Shown piece after piece: positions 24,859 through 38,123 of a stretch of 64,000 nt of DNA; positions within the stretch are counted from its first letter, which is position 1; every line of letters starts with the position of its first letter. The notes beneath the pieces were generated by a model. That model was not told the origin of the DNA. It did no database searches and worked only from the letters and a program-made list of their open reading frames with translations. The translations under genes were made by a program, and so were the position numbers. Origin of the DNA: Eledone cirrhosa (lineage: Eukaryota); assembly GCA_964016885.1 (NCBI GenBank), contig OZ024756.1:24800001-24864000 (forward strand), written 5' to 3'.

Positions 24859-26988
24859 CATTTCATACCATATTTGGTAGCAATATAGAATTGAAAGTAA
24901 ATTTGTAATCATTTCATACCATATTTGGTAGCAATATAGAATTGAAAGTAAATTTTTAATCATTTCATACCATATTTGGTAGCAATATAGAATTGAAAGT
25001 AAATTTTTAATCATTTCATACCATATTTGGTAGCAATATAGAATTGAAAGTAAATTTTTAATCATTTCATACCATATTTGGTAGCAATATAGAATTGAAA
25101 GTAAATTTTTAATCATTTCATACCATATTTGGTAGCAATATAGAATTGAAAGTAAATTTTTAATCATTTCATACCATATTTGGTAGCAATATAGAATTGA
25201 AAGTAAATTTGTAATCATTTCATACCATATTTGGTAGCAATATAGAATTGAAAGTAAATTTTTAATCATTTCATACCATATTTGGTAGCAATATAGAATT
25301 GAAAGTAAATTTTTAATCATTTCATACCATATTTGGTAGCAATATAGAATTGAAAGTAAATGTTTAATCATTTCATACCATATTTGGTAGCAATATAGAA
25401 TTGAAAGTAAATTTTTAATCATTTCATACCATATTTGGTAGCAATATAGAATTGAAAGTAAATTTTTAATCATTTCATACCATATTTGGTAGCAATATAG
25501 AATTGAAAGTAAATTTTTAATCATTTCATACCATATTTGGTAGCAATATAGAATTGAAAGTAAATTTTTAATCATTTCATACCATATTTGGTAGCAATAT
25601 AGAATTGAAAGTAAATTTTTAATCATTTCATACCATATTTGGTAGCAATATAGAACTGAAAGTAAATTTTTAATCATTTCATACCATATTTGGTAGCAAT
25701 ATAGAATTGAAAGTAAATTTTTAATCATTTCATACCATATTTGGTAGCAATATAGAATTGAAAGTAAATTTTTAATCATTTCATACCATATTTGGTAGCA
25801 ATATAGAATTGAAAGTAAATTTTTAATCATTTCATACCATATTTGGTAGCAATATAGAATTGAAAGTAAATTTTTAATCATTTCATACCATATTTGGTAG
25901 CAATATAGAATTGAAAGTAAATTTTTAATCATTTCATACCATATTTGGTAGCAATATAGAATTGAAAGTAAATTTGTAATCATTTCATACCATATTTGGT
26001 AGCAATATAGAATTGAAAGTAAATTTTTAATCATTTCATACCATATTTGGTAGCAATATAGAATTGAAAGTAAATTTTTAATCATTTCATACCATATTTG
26101 GTAGCAATATAGAATTGAAAGTAAATTTTTAATCATTTCATACCATATTTGGTAGCAATATAGAATTGAAAGTAAATTTGTAATCATTTCATACCATATT
26201 TGGTAGCAATATAGAATTGAAAGTAAATTTTTAATCATTTCATACCATATTTGGTAGCAATATAGAATTGAAAGTAAATTTTTAATCATTTCATACCATA
26301 TTTGGTAGCAATATAGAATTGAAAGTAAATTTTTAATCATTTCATACCATATTTGGTAGCAATATAGAATTGAAAGTAAATTTTTAATCATTTCATACCA
26401 TATTTGGTAGCAATATAGAATTGAAAGTAAATTTTTAATCATTTCATACCATATTTGGTAGCAATATAGAATTGAAAGTAAATTTTTAATCATTTCATAC
26501 CATATTTGGTAGCAATATAGAATTGAAAGTAAATTTTTAATCATTTCATACCATATTTGGTAGCAATATAGAATTGAAAGTAAATTTTTAATCATTTCAT
26601 ACCATATTTGGTAGCAATATAGAATTGAAAGTAAATTTTTAATCATTTCATACCATATTTGGTAGCAATATAGAATTGAAAGTAAATTTTTAATCATTTC
26701 ATACCATATTTGGTAGCAATATAGAATTGAAAGTAAATTTTTAATCATTTCATACCATATTTGGTAGCAATATAGAATTGAAAGTAAATTTTTAATCATT
26801 TCATACCATATTTGGTAGCAATATAGAATTGAAAGTAAATTTTTAATCATTTCATACCATATTTGGTAGCAATATAGAATTGAAAGTAAATTTTTAATCA
26901 TTTCATACCATATTTGGTAGCAATATAGAATTGAAAGTAAATGTTTAATCATTTCATGATCATATTTGGTAGCAATATAGAATTGAAA
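24859..26988. repeat. 51-bp minisatellite, ~42 near-identical copies
   Basis: Unit catttcataccatatttggtagcaatatagaattgaaagtaaatttttaat. Confidence 0.97.
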
Positions 26989-27359
26989 AGGCTGCAAATT
27001 GGTAGAGATGTTAGAATGTCGGATAGAATGCTTTGCAGTTTTCCAGTTCTCTGCTCTCTGAGAGACTAAATCCTGCCGAAGTCAACTTTGCATTTCATTT
27101 ATTCAAGGCTGTTAGAAAAATGTACCAGTCAAGTACTGGGGTCGATTCTTCCTCTATATCTCTTTCTCACTTCCGTTCTCACACTCTTTATCCTTCTCTA
27201 GAAGAAATCTGCTATACCCAGACTTGGAGAGGATTGGGCTCCGCTAGGTCTAAAAATACCCTAGAAATGCCATATGTTAATACAGAGCTCCTATGACTCC
27301 ATCGGGTGTTATGGGACCATGCATGCATATCATGTACAGAATTGACAGTAAATGTTTAA

Positions 27360-27596
27360 CCATTTCATGACCATATTTGGTATCAATGAAATACATTCTA
27401 TTTCAATTGATAAATGAAGAATTTTGAGCGATGTACTAAAATTATTTATCCTTTCATTATTAAAATAATATCTTAACATTATGGTTCTTATAAAAACATT
27501 GTTAAAATGTTTTAATTTAAACAGGAACCTGTTAAAATTGGTGGTTTTATTTCATAGAATCAGAACCAAGTTTTGGGTTGGTTGGTATAAAAAGGG
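27360..27596. mobile_element. Diverged piggyBac-type MITE
   Basis: TTAA|ccatttcatgacc ... ggtataaaaaggg|TTAA. Confidence 0.5.
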
Positions 27597-28743
27597 TTAA
27601 TTTATCTGTTTACCACAAAGATGAGCTCATGAGGCTCATAAAAGCCAGTACTTAGTTCTGATGTTTCTCCAAGGTTCAGTTTTGCCCTCAACACCTTAAC
27701 ACCAAGCCTACACTGATTACATGAACAGAAGCTTCATAAGTATTGTCCAATTTGGTCATACCAACCTCATCTCTTTCATCAGAGAGAACAACACAATCAC
27801 TGCTCATATCAAGAAAATATCATTGCATCACACCCTCCTTAACCTTATGATGCCTGACGAGGGGTCTCTCATGAGCAACATCCAACTAGAACCCCCTCAA
27901 TTGCTTCAAATACTAGGCCTCACAACCACTAGGGCCTCTCACACTTTAAATATAGCTAGAACTGCTTTTTGAAGACTAGCCATTGTTATCGAGGTAAAAA
28001 ATACTTCAGCCTACAACAATTACTGACCCTCTACAAAACTGAAGGGAGACATAAATTGAATATGTGTGTGTGTGTGCAAATATATATATAAGTTTATCCC
28101 AGGTTCAATCGGGGGTAACCGCAGTAAGTAAGGTACTCAATACATAGCAGAGTATAAATATTTAATATAGAAATGGCTTCTACAGGACTAGAACTGTTTC
28201 ATTCATACTGTAAATGTGATTGGTGTTAGAAAGGGCATCCAGCTTTAAAAAAACCCACCGAAAATACAGTTTCATTTGAGTAAGATACAGCATGGCCAAC
28301 TGGCCAGGCTTGTCTCATAATGTTGACAACCCGTCTAACCCATGCAAGCGTGGAAAATAAGATGTTAAAAGGTGATGATGATAATGATGATCGTGATATA
28401 TATATATGTAAAAGGTAAACAGAAATAACAATACAATTGGTACAGTATATGGAAGGAATATTTTAGGTTAACGCTTGAAATAGCAGGAAGAGGGTCTTAA
28501 CGTTAGACAAATACACGCACACACCTCTACTTTTCCCTTCACAGCTCTGTATACACACACTCCCTTATATTAACATAATTTTGCTCACAGCTTCGTACTT
28601 ACAAGCACAGGCACACTCTTGTACTTACATATACTCACACATCCTCTTAGCTTCGTACGGGCGTATAATAACATACACACACACACACATATATATATGT
28701 ATGTGTGTGTGTGTGTGTGTGTATATATATGTATATATATATG

Positions 28744-28788
<45 letters not shown>

Positions 28789-28801
28789 GGTGTTATTTCA
28801 G

Positions 28802-28970
28802 GGGTAACGTTTGCACATTTCAACAGCCTGTGTGGTGACAAGATGCAGCCAGTTGTGCTGAAAACTACAACCTCCAATGAAGATGGCCAACACCCAGTAT
28901 ATGTGCAACAGTGCAGTAAAGTTGATGTCGACACCAACAAAATCGTGTTCATCGACAGACCAAACATAAA
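28802..28970 (+). CDS. PKHD1L1: Fibrocystin-L-like exon M
   Basis: tttcag acceptor; VTFAHF...NEDGQHPV...IVFIDRPNI; gtgagg donor, phase 2. Confidence 0.9.
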
Positions 28971-29504
28971 GTGAGGACATCTACATTCTTTTATTCATAT
29001 ATCTCAATTTCCTTTTGTGTATAGGCAAGTGAAGGCATGTGACTTAGCGTTTGGAAGATCATTGGGTCAATTCCTGGATAGGTGGAATGTTTTGTTGTTG
29101 AGAAAGACACTTCATATAACACATTGCTTCTCATAAGTCTGTCTAAAGTCTGTCACAATCCAGGAGACTCATCAGGCCAGTACTTATCCACAGTTTACAT
29201 GACATAAAGTGACTAAGAGTTCATGACTCCCCCCTGGACAGGACGCCAGTCCATCACAGAATTAAACATCCAGCTATTGCTGGTTCTCATTTTCAGCTCA
29301 GTATACTGGAGCAATGTGAAATGAAGTGTTTTGCTCAAAATCTCCACACACGACCCGGTTCAGAAATCAAACCCATGGCATTATGATCATAAGTCCAACA
29401 CCCTTCCACCAGGGCACATGCTTCCACTATAAGACTGGGGTCCCTGTAATTAAAATACCTACAGGAACCTCCTATGAGACACAACCTCATAGGAAGCCAA
29501 CATG

Positions 29505-29750
29505 TGTGTGAGCTGTAACAACAACTTCATATGAGGCCAGCTGAACCTACAAAGTATGAGCTGTTACATCATAGGAGGCCAGCTAAACCTCCATTGGTCT
29601 GAGCTGTAACAACATAGGAGGCCAGCTAAACCTACATATTTGTGAGCTGTAACAATGACCTCATTGGAAGCCAGCTAAACCTACATTAGTGTGAGCTGTA
29701 ACAATGACCTCACTGGAAGCCAGCTAAACCTACATTAGTGTGAGCTGTAA
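29505..29750. repeat. Degenerate ~46-50-bp tandem repeat
   Basis: tgagctgtaaca...gccagctaaacctac repeated about five times. Confidence 0.8.
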
Positions 29751-30619
29751 ATTTCATCTCATTTCATCTATATATAAATTTCTACGATTCTGTCACAACA
29801 CATAAAGAGTGAGGAGTAGTTTGACTACCTCATACTACTCCTCTCTCTCTCTCTTTACATCTGCTGCTTGTGTGAATGTATGTGTGTGTAAAAGAAAGGA
29901 AGGGGTGATGAAACGCACATGTGTGTGTTTGTGTGAATGTATGTCTGTGTGTATTTGTGTTGGTATATATATATATGTTTGAGTGTATGTGTGTGTATGT
30001 TTATATTTATATACTCATACATAACTCATACATAGAACGCTGCATATGTAATAATTATTGTGTATATGTATGTGTGTGAATGTATGTGTGAGTTTGTGAC
30101 AATGTATGTGTGAGTTTGTGTGAATGTATGTGTGAGTTTGTGTGAATGTATGTATGTGAGTGTGTATTTTTGTAAGTGTGTCTGTGTTTGCATGTTTCAT
30201 CATTATCATTTCATTCATTTCATTTTACGTCCACTTTTTCCCTGCTTGCAAGGATGCCCTTCCTAACACCAACCTCATTTCCAGTGAGTGCTGGGTGCTT
30301 TTTTTTGCCGTGGCTCCTCCACGACCACTTTGCAGTGGAATGATAGGGACCCCAGTCCCTATCATCTCATTTCTACAGCTGAGTAAACTGGAGCAATGTG
30401 AAATAAAGTGTCTTGCTCAAGGAAACAACACATCACCTGGTCTGAGAATTGAACTCACAACCTTTCGATTGCAAGGCCAATGCTCTAACCACTAAGCCAT
30501 GTGCCTCCATATATACTTGTACATATAAATGTAGGCATATGCCCATACACACACACATACACATACACATTAGCATGTTGAAAAAAATCCTATTTTTTTT
30601 TTAATTTATTTTACTCTAG

Positions 30620-30858
30620 GAGTATCAACTCGGCAGACTGTGTCGATATGAATTGTGATGGTCTAAAGAAGGCCCTTCTTGTCGACACAGATGGTAGTCT
30701 AATTGATGGTAAAGCTCCTATCAGTGTGTTCTCTCAGTCAGAGTTTGAGTGGGACGGAGACAGACGTCGAGGGCTCGGAGACTATCGGATCCCTAAAGTA
30801 GCTCTCTCCTTTCCAAATGGATCCAAGATGGCTGTTGAGAAACTGGCAACACAGAAAG
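30620..30858 (+). CDS. PKHD1L1: Fibrocystin-L-like exon N
   Basis: ctctag acceptor; INSADCVDMNCDGLKKALLVDTDGS...SQSEFEWDGDRRRGLGDYRIPK, a hallmark PKHD1L1 segment; gtaagt donor. Confidence 0.95.
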
Positions 30859-31446
30859 GTAAGTTGGTAACTCAATGAATTACTACTGTCTCTACTGTTG
30901 TTGTTGTTGCTGGTGATGGTGTTGGTGGTGGGGTGGGGGGGGGGGGGCATTGTAGTGGTTTCAGCGGTGGTGGTGCCGTTGTTGTTGTTGTTGTAGATGG
31001 TATTGGTGGCGGTTGTGGTGGTGGTGGTGGTGTTGCTGGTTGTGGTGGTGGTGGTGGTGGGGAGGGGGCATTGTAGTGGTTTCAGCGGTGGTGGTGTCAT
31101 TGTTGTTGTTGTAGATGGTATTGGTAGCGGTTGTGTGGGGGGGGGGGGGGTAGTGGTGAAGGTGGTGCTGGTGGAGGTAGTAGTGGTGGTGGTGGTGATG
31201 GTGGTTGCTGTTGTTGTAGTAGTGGTGGTGGTGGTGGATGTCATTGTCATTGTAGTAGTAGTACTACTAGTAGCTGTTGTTGTTGTTATGCCCTGCAATG
31301 TATGATAGAAATCCATGTTTCTTCCAATTAATCAATATATGCCTTCCTCTTTTCAAATTATCATTATTGCTGTTGTTGTTGTTGTTGTTGTTTATTTTAT
31401 TTATTTATTTATTATTTTTGTTGTTTTGTTTGTTTTTTTTCTGCAG

Positions 31447-31692
31447 GAATTGTGCGCAACTCCAACTGCAAGCTGCACCCAGAATGGCAGGCCTACCAAT
31501 GCAACAACAGCCAATATGTAATGATGATTATTGAAAGTATGGACGAGGACACAGAGACACGTCGTCTCTCACCTGTCGCTGTCATTGGTAACAAATGTAT
31601 AGACTTAATCAACGGACCTCAAGATCATGGCTGGTGTTCAGGGTACACCTGTCGTAAGAGAATCTCCACCTTCATGGCACTCGTTGACCCAA
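31447..31692 (+). CDS. PKHD1L1: Fibrocystin-L-like exon O
   Basis: ctgcag acceptor; IESMDEDTETRRLSPVA...DLINGPQDHGWCSGYTCRKRISTF, a hallmark PKHD1L1 segment; gtaagt donor. Confidence 0.95.
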
Positions 31693-31766
31693 GTAAGTTA
31701 CATTAATTTTGGGGGTTTTTTTAAGATCCCACAACTCTTGATGAAGACATTTTTAAGGTATTTTAA

Positions 31767-31974
31767 CCCTTTAGCATTTAAACCGGCCATATCCGGCCAG
31801 AATTCTCTCACTTCTTTCTGTTAAAACCGGATGTAACCAGCCACTCATACTGATGTTAAGGTATAGTTCTCAAAATAAATAATATCAAAATCTCATAGAT
31901 TCGATATTATGTGAGATAAAGTCTTTACCACAAAAATACAATAGTAAATATAGAGTAATGTAAATTCTAAAGGG
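31767..31974. mobile_element. piggyBac-type MITE
   Basis: TTAA TSDs; TIRs ccctttagcattta / taaattctaaaggg (13 of 14 match). Confidence 0.78.
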
Positions 31975-32395
31975 TTAAGCCTGTCAAAGCCCTTCCCTCT
32001 CTCAGCCTGAGGACAGCAGTTTTCTTTTGGAAAAAGATAGAAAGTGAAAGAATTGAATGAAAAAGAGATATTGAGGAAGAATCAACCCTGATACTGGACC
32101 AGTATTTTTTTATCTACCTCAAAGGCAAAGTTGACCTCAGCGGGATTTGAACTCAGAGAGTAGAGAGCTGAAATGAATACCGCAAAGCATTCTATTTGAT
32201 ACACTAACGACTCGCTGCCTAAGTTTCATTAGTTACCTTTTACAAAACTAAGTGTGTGTATGAAGGAAATGGTGTCCACTGTGGTTGAAAGACAATTGGT
32301 GTTGTGACATATATACATATCGACAGAGCTGTGACTGTGATTAGTAGGTGGTAGTAAGTAGTAGTAGTAATGGTGGTGGTGGTACTGGCAGCAAC

Positions 32396-32456
<61 letters not shown>

Positions 32457-32532
32457 ATAACACATCTTGTAAAAAAAAAAACATGAAAGTATTTTTTTTT
32501 TTTAGTTATCATTTCTATTTGTTTTTTTTCAG

Positions 32533-33293
32533 CCCAACATTTTGATATTTATTTTTCGAGTTCAACACCGCAGAAACTCCGTCTCCACCTGTTAAACAGT
32601 GCAGCCAAGGTTTCAGTGTCTGTGTATTACCAAAGTCCAAACAGACAAGACGTCTTTGATTACACTGATACCTTTTCACTGCCAAAGAACGCTTACATGG
32701 AGAACGATGAAATGAAATACAAGACAGTAAAAAAATCAAACCGTGATATCTATCTTCCGACAACTGCTGACCCGGTAGCCACAAATTTCTTCGATCGTAA
32801 CGAACAGAAAGTCTATGTGATTGTTGAAGGAGGGAAACCTGTAGACATTCGTGTGAACCCTGTTATCGTAGTTACTTTCTCATTCGGAGGAGTAACTGAG
32901 AGTGATTTCTTTGGTGAAAACCTCATCAAAAATTTAGCTCTTTTCCTTGGTATTCCTGCCAGTAAGGTGAGAATTGTGGATATTGTCAAAGAAGGTGGTA
33001 GTGCTAGACGTAAGAAACGAGCTGCATCTGGTGTTAAAGTGACCACAGAGATCGGGGACCCGCCCTCAAGCCAGACTAATGTTACTACTAATGCCACTGT
33101 CCCTACAAACAGTACATTGTCATCGAAAACATTACAGAACATCTCGTCACAGTTAGTGAACAGCCGACAGTTGAAATCTTTGACACAGCACATCAAATAT
33201 GACATACTGAGCATGGAGCTGACTCCTTCTGTGGTTCCAATCAGTGACCCATCCTATAGTTCAACGGAAGATAAGACAACTTTCAAAGTTGAT
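32533..33293 (+). CDS. PKHD1L1: Fibrocystin-L-like exon P (contains RRKKR)
   Basis: tttcag acceptor; FDIYFSSSTPQKLRLHLLN...DFFGENLIKNLALFLGIPASKVRIV...RRKKRA...EIGDPP; gtaagt donor. Confidence 0.93.
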
Positions 33294-33395
33294 GTAAGTT
33301 GGCTTTTTTTTTTGCTTTTTTTTTTTCATTTTCATCTTTTATCTTTCAACTTTCTCTGACAAAGAGTTCTGCCTACAGTCTTTCTTTATGCCTCT

Positions 33396-33434
<39 letters not shown>

Positions 33435-33931
33435 CTCTCTCTTCCACCCCTCTCTCTCTCTTCCCTCTCTCTTCCACCCCTCTCTCTCTCTCTTCCCTCT
33501 CTCTTCCACCCCCCTCTCTCTTCCACCCCCCTCTCTCTCTCTCTGAATTCTGTTGATGGGAGCTATTATCATCTTAAAACTAAGGGGTTATTTGACTGAA
33601 TTAACTTCAATGCATTACTGGTACTTTATTTCATCGACCTTATAAGAATGAAAGGCAAAGTTAACTTCGGCAGGATTTGAACTCAGAACGTAAAGGGTTA
33701 CAACTATGCTGCAAAGCATGGTGTCAAACGCTATCGACCCCGTAAGGATGAAAGGCTAAGTTAACCTCGGTGGGATTTGAACTCAGAACATAAAGGCTGC
33801 AAAGCATAGCATACAACCCTCTACCGATACTGCCAATCCACCGCCCTTAATAATAATAATAATAATAATTGTTTCTACTTTTGGCACAAGGCCAGCAAAT
33901 ACCCAGTGCATTACTGGTACTTTATTTTATC

Positions 33932-33967
<36 letters not shown>

Positions 33968-34009
33968 ACCAACAAGCTGAACAAAAGTTATCATCATTTG
34001 TTTTTCCAG

Positions 34010-34105
34010 GTTCCCGATGAATTGAAATTGGTGATTAGTCCAAAGGTTTCTTATGAAGGTGGAGTATTTAATCAGGGCCCATGTCTACGGTTTCTGGATA
34101 CCTCC
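34010..34105 (+). CDS. PKHD1L1: Fibrocystin-L-like exon Q
   Basis: ttccag acceptor; VPDELKL...FNQGPCLRFLDTS; gtgagt donor; 96 nt, phase 0/0. Confidence 0.85.
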
Positions 34106-34362
34106 GTGAGTATTCTATTATCTTATAAAGTCCTGAGGTTTTGGTTATGTACCTATCTGTGTGTTGTTGTTATTGGAGAATTTTCCTTTGTTTCTTTTTT
34201 TTGTCATTTCCTTTGTTATTGTTTTTTTCTTTACACGCAGAAATGCCCATTTGTACCGTCATGTACCGTCCTATGCCCTCCTTATTGTTATACTTTCTGT
34301 CAACTCTTGCGGTTAATAAAGAAAGCATTATTATTGTTGTTGCTGTTGTTATTATTATTATT

Positions 34363-34646
34363 GTTCTTTGAGTCTCAGTCATTGATGTTATTTAACTGGA
34401 ACGTTTGTTGAAATAAATATCAAGCCACTACCTGCAGCCTCAGATATTCAGGGCGTATCGGAGGGTTCTTGCTGTTCCCAGCAAGCATGCCTTTTGAAGT
34501 GTTCCAAAAAGCGGGGCTGGACTAATCTTCTTTAACCATCCTTGGAAACTCTTTGAGATAGTACCTAGTGCGCCTATGACCATCGGGACCACCTTGATTT
34601 CATGGCAGTTCCAAATCCTTTTTAACTCCCACTTTAAATCCTGGTA
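34363..34646 (-). mobile_element. Dong/R4-clade LINE 3' fragment flanked by (TAA)n
   Basis: YQDLKWELKRIWNCHEIKVVPMVIGALGTISK...LQKACLLGTARTLRYALNI* (34646-34440), end of a restriction-like endonuclease. Confidence 0.78.
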
Positions 34647-34693
34647 TCAGTTATTATTATTATTATTATTATTTTTATTTTTATTATTATTAG

Positions 34694-35068
34694 GGTAACC
34701 CGTTGAACATTGTTGGAACTCTTGAAAACCCATGGCGCATTAAGGCCACTCTGGTGAAGGGTGAAGGTAGCCATGCCAGTGCAGTTTTGCTGGGAACTAC
34801 AGAGGTCTCCTTGTATGATGGTTGGGCCAACTTTACAAACATTGCCATATCTCACAAAGGGACAAACTATGGGCTCGCTTTCCAAGTGAGTTACCCTACT
34901 GGTGCCACTAGCTTCATATCCAAAGTGGCATCAACCCTGACTGTGCCACAGCGTCCCCTTTCATTAATGGTAACTCCATCACAGTTCATTGCAGGGAAAA
35001 GTAAAAACTTGAACATCATTCTCATTGACATAATGACCAAGCTGGCTATCTCAAATATAAAATGGAGG
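34694..35068 (+). CDS. PKHD1L1: Fibrocystin-L-like exon R
   Basis: tattag acceptor; GNPLNIVGTLENPWRIKATL...GWANFTNIAISHKGTNYGLAF...IKWR; gtgagt donor. Confidence 0.88.
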
Positions 35069-35256
35069 GTGAGTATATATTTAGATTTATTTACAAACTT
35101 CTAATTTGAAAAACGACTTGTACATAACTACATAACTCATATTTTTACACAAAGAAAAACTGGTATTCGATTCCTTCACCAAACTTTAACAAAGCTATGT
35201 TTGTGAATATATATACATATGCTAAAGTAGGCTTTGAAACTTTAGGTAGCAAACAA

Positions 35257-35330
<74 letters not shown>

Positions 35331-35565
35331 CATGTAAGTTTGTTTTGAAACAGTGAGCGAGTTTGAAAATAGAAATAGAAGCATTCGCCCTATTTTTTAC
35401 TGAAATATGTATTTAGAATATATACAATGTATTGTGTATTCTCTACGATATATGGTTCTTTCTGTCTATATATATAAATATAGCTTTTACATTTTATATA
35501 TATATATATATATATATGCATATACATCTATTTATTTTTGTTTCACTCTTTCTCTCTCTATATAG

Positions 35566-35968
35566 CAACATGAGTGGGAAGTGAAAGCAGCCCTGGTGAA
35601 ACCCTATCTCTACTATGGTTCCGTCTACAATATTGACACAGCAGCAAAGGAGGACACAGCCAACAACCAACTGGTCTTTAATGACATAATGTTCACCAAG
35701 CCTGGGGTGTACATCATCCAACTGACCACTACGTCGACACCGGATGAATACACAATTGTTGCCGAAGAGGAGATCAGAGTAAAACAGTCGCTCCTACTGG
35801 TGTTCAGTGACCCAGTGTCCAGTTCTATCAAGATACTAGTTGATATCGACTATAACAAGGTTGGGTCTGCCAACGAAAAGTATTTCCGGGTGTTAATGGA
35901 GAATTACCTAATTTATAAATACCCGAAAGTCACTTTTCCAGAAGTACTGGTGTCTGAATCAGAAAACA
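35566..35968 (+). CDS. PKHD1L1: Fibrocystin-L-like exon S
   Basis: atatag acceptor; QHEWEVKAAL...FTKPGVYIIQL...SESEN; gtaatt donor, phase 1. Confidence 0.82.
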
Positions 35969-36269
35969 GTAATTCATTTTCTTATTATTATTATTATTTT
36001 TTTTTTTTATTTTTTTTTTTTTATTTTTTATTTTTTCTTTTTTCTTTTTGCTTTTTGCTTTTTTCTTTTTTCTTTTTTCTTTTTTCTTTTTTCTTTTTTC
36101 TTTTTTCTTTTTTCTTTTTTTTTTCTTTTTTCTTTTTTCTTTTTTCTTTTTTCTTTTTTCTTTTTTCTTTTTTTTTATTTTTTTTTTTAATTTTTTTTTT
36201 ATTTATTTTTTATTTTTTTTTTTTATTTTTTATTTTTACTTCTTCTTGAGAGAGAGAGTTGGTGGGGAC

Positions 36270-36680
36270 AGAGTCTTCAAACACCCCTTCCAACAGGTCC
36301 TGACAGAAGCAACCTTCTCCAATTGCTCTGGCTGGATCCCCAAGCGAGAGCAACCAAGCTCATGGATGTCATCCAGCCATCTTGCTCAGAGTCTACTCCT
36401 GGGTCTCCTGCCAGTTGGTTTTGCCTGTAAAATCTGTCCAGTGATTCTTTCCTGAGACATTCTAACCTCATGCCCATAGTATCGGAGATGTGATCTCTCA
36501 ATCCAGCAAGGCAGTGGCTCTACATAGAGCAAGTCTCTAATCTCCGAGCTACCCAGTCTATCGAGTAACATTACTCCAAAGAACCTTTGGAGGAACCCCA
36601 TTTCAGTCACTTGTATTCAGGATTGTATTCTTTCAGTCATTACCCAAGATTCATGACCATAGGTAAGGGTTGGCACGATA
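36270..36680 (-). mobile_element. RTE-clade LINE 3' fragment
   Basis: [12 protein letters not shown]...EMGFLQRFFGV.LLDRLGSSEIR...LRYYGHEVRM...PTGRRP. Confidence 0.85.
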
Positions 36681-36759
36681 CCTACCTCCCTTCTTCTGAT
36701 TACCAAATACTTTGATTTTTAGCCATTTTGTTTTCATTTTTACATGTAATCTCACACTA

Positions 36760-36957
36760 TGAAGGTCAGCTGAGAAGTTCTTAGGCTAAACAAGATACTC
36801 TCGTGGAATGACCAAAAGAGATTTATTTTTCAACATAGTCCTTGGAAAGAAACAATGCAGTTATTAATAAGAAGAGTTGAAATTAATGCGTGTAAGATTT
36901 CACAGCTCTAGCATCACTCTTTCATAGTCAGCCTCTGAACTTTTCAGCCGACCCTTG
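36760..36957. mobile_element. Tc1/mariner-type MITE
   Basis: TA TSDs; diverged TIRs tgaaggtcagctgagaagttc / gaacttttcagccgacccttg. Confidence 0.68.
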
Positions 36958-37054
36958 TATATTGTCCTGTACTGTCCTTAATCTTTGTGTCTCTATCTCT
37001 CTCACCCTCTCTCTCTCACTCTCTCACTCTCTCTCACTCTCACCCTCTCTTCAT

Positions 37055-37322
37055 CTCTCTTTCTCTGATAGATATAATGGATGTATTCTCTCTGTCTCTC
37101 ACCATCTCACTCTCTATCTCTTACCACGTCTCCCTCTCTCTCCAATAGATATAATGGATGTATTCTCTCTGTCTCTCACCATCTCACTCTCTCTATCTCT
37201 TACCACGTCTCCCTCTCTCTCCAATAGATATAATGGATGTATTCTCTCTGTCTCTCACCATCTCACTCTCTTTATCTCTTACCACGTCTCCCTCTCTCTC
37301 CAATAGATATAATGGATGTATT
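37055..37322 (+). repeat. 77-79-bp tandem repeat containing the exon T acceptor
   Basis: atagatataatggatgtatt with AG ending at 37071, 37148, 37227, 37306. Confidence 0.92.
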
Positions 37323-37488
37323 TGTCAAACTCTATGGCAATATCAACGAAGTCAGTGCTACATCAAAGATGATCTGTGATATGGCCAAGGAACAACAGAA
37401 GATCACATTTAACTCACATCAGGCCTACATTATATTCAGTATACAGGTCAATGGGACCAGATACCTCGGCTCATCTTGTGGATCAAAG
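37307..37488 (+). CDS. PKHD1L1: Fibrocystin-L-like exon T (only in-frame acceptor of four tandem copies)
   Basis: caatag acceptor in phase 1; IMDVFVKLYG...YLGSSCGSK; gtatgt donor, phase 0. Confidence 0.78.
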
Positions 37489-37550
37489 GTATGTGATGCA
37501 TTCTCTTACTGTTACTGTTATTGTTAATGTTATGGCTGTTGTCGTGGCTG

Positions 37551-37589
<39 letters not shown>

Positions 37590-37733
37590 CATCATCATCA
37601 TCATACACTATATATACACTACAGATATTTTACTATATATCTATATATATAGTAAATATACATCATATATTTATAGTATATATATATATATATAATATAT
37701 AAGAACAAAAGATGGTTAAAAGAGTTCCATGTA

Positions 37734-37800
37734 TTTTATTATGCGCATTTCAAAAACAAATATTATCATGCAATAATATTTGTGTTTTCATCAGATAAAA
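37734..37800 (-). ncRNA. Minimal type I hammerhead ribozyme motif
   Basis: TTTTAT-CTGATGA-AAAcACAAATATTATT gcat GATAATATTTGTtTTT-GAAA-TGCGCA-TA-ATAAAA. Confidence 0.87.
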
Positions 37801-38092
37801 CAGGAAGACATGATATGAAGGTTAAAAAACACTTGTGGATAGTTCAGTTTTAAATCAACATATATCAACATATATATATATATATATATATATATGTACT
37901 ATAAATATATGATGTATATTTACAACATCGTTTAACGTCCATTTTCCACGCTAGCATATATATATATAGTAAATGTATATCATATATTTATAGTATATAA
38001 AATATATATATATATATATAATATATATATATATATACCACCCTTGCAAACAGGGAAAAGCGGACGTAAAATGATGAATGATGATGATGATG

Positions 38093-38123
<31 letters not shown>

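Noticed and set aside
24859-26988. CRISPR-like array
   Set aside because: Head-to-tail repeats with no unique spacers, no cas genes, eukaryotic intron
24763-26997. 744-aa minus-strand ORF
   Set aside because: It is the 51-bp (17-codon) minisatellite read in a stop-free frame, antisense to an intron; no sign of a real gene
27850-27910. CTGACGA-GGGG...CCCC possible hammerhead and upstream PLE ORF remnant
   Set aside because: No GAAA/UH at the required place and no recognisable GIY-YIG or RT motif
30738-31316. Thr-rich mucin-like ORF
   Set aside because: Intronic (GGT/GTT)n low-complexity sequence
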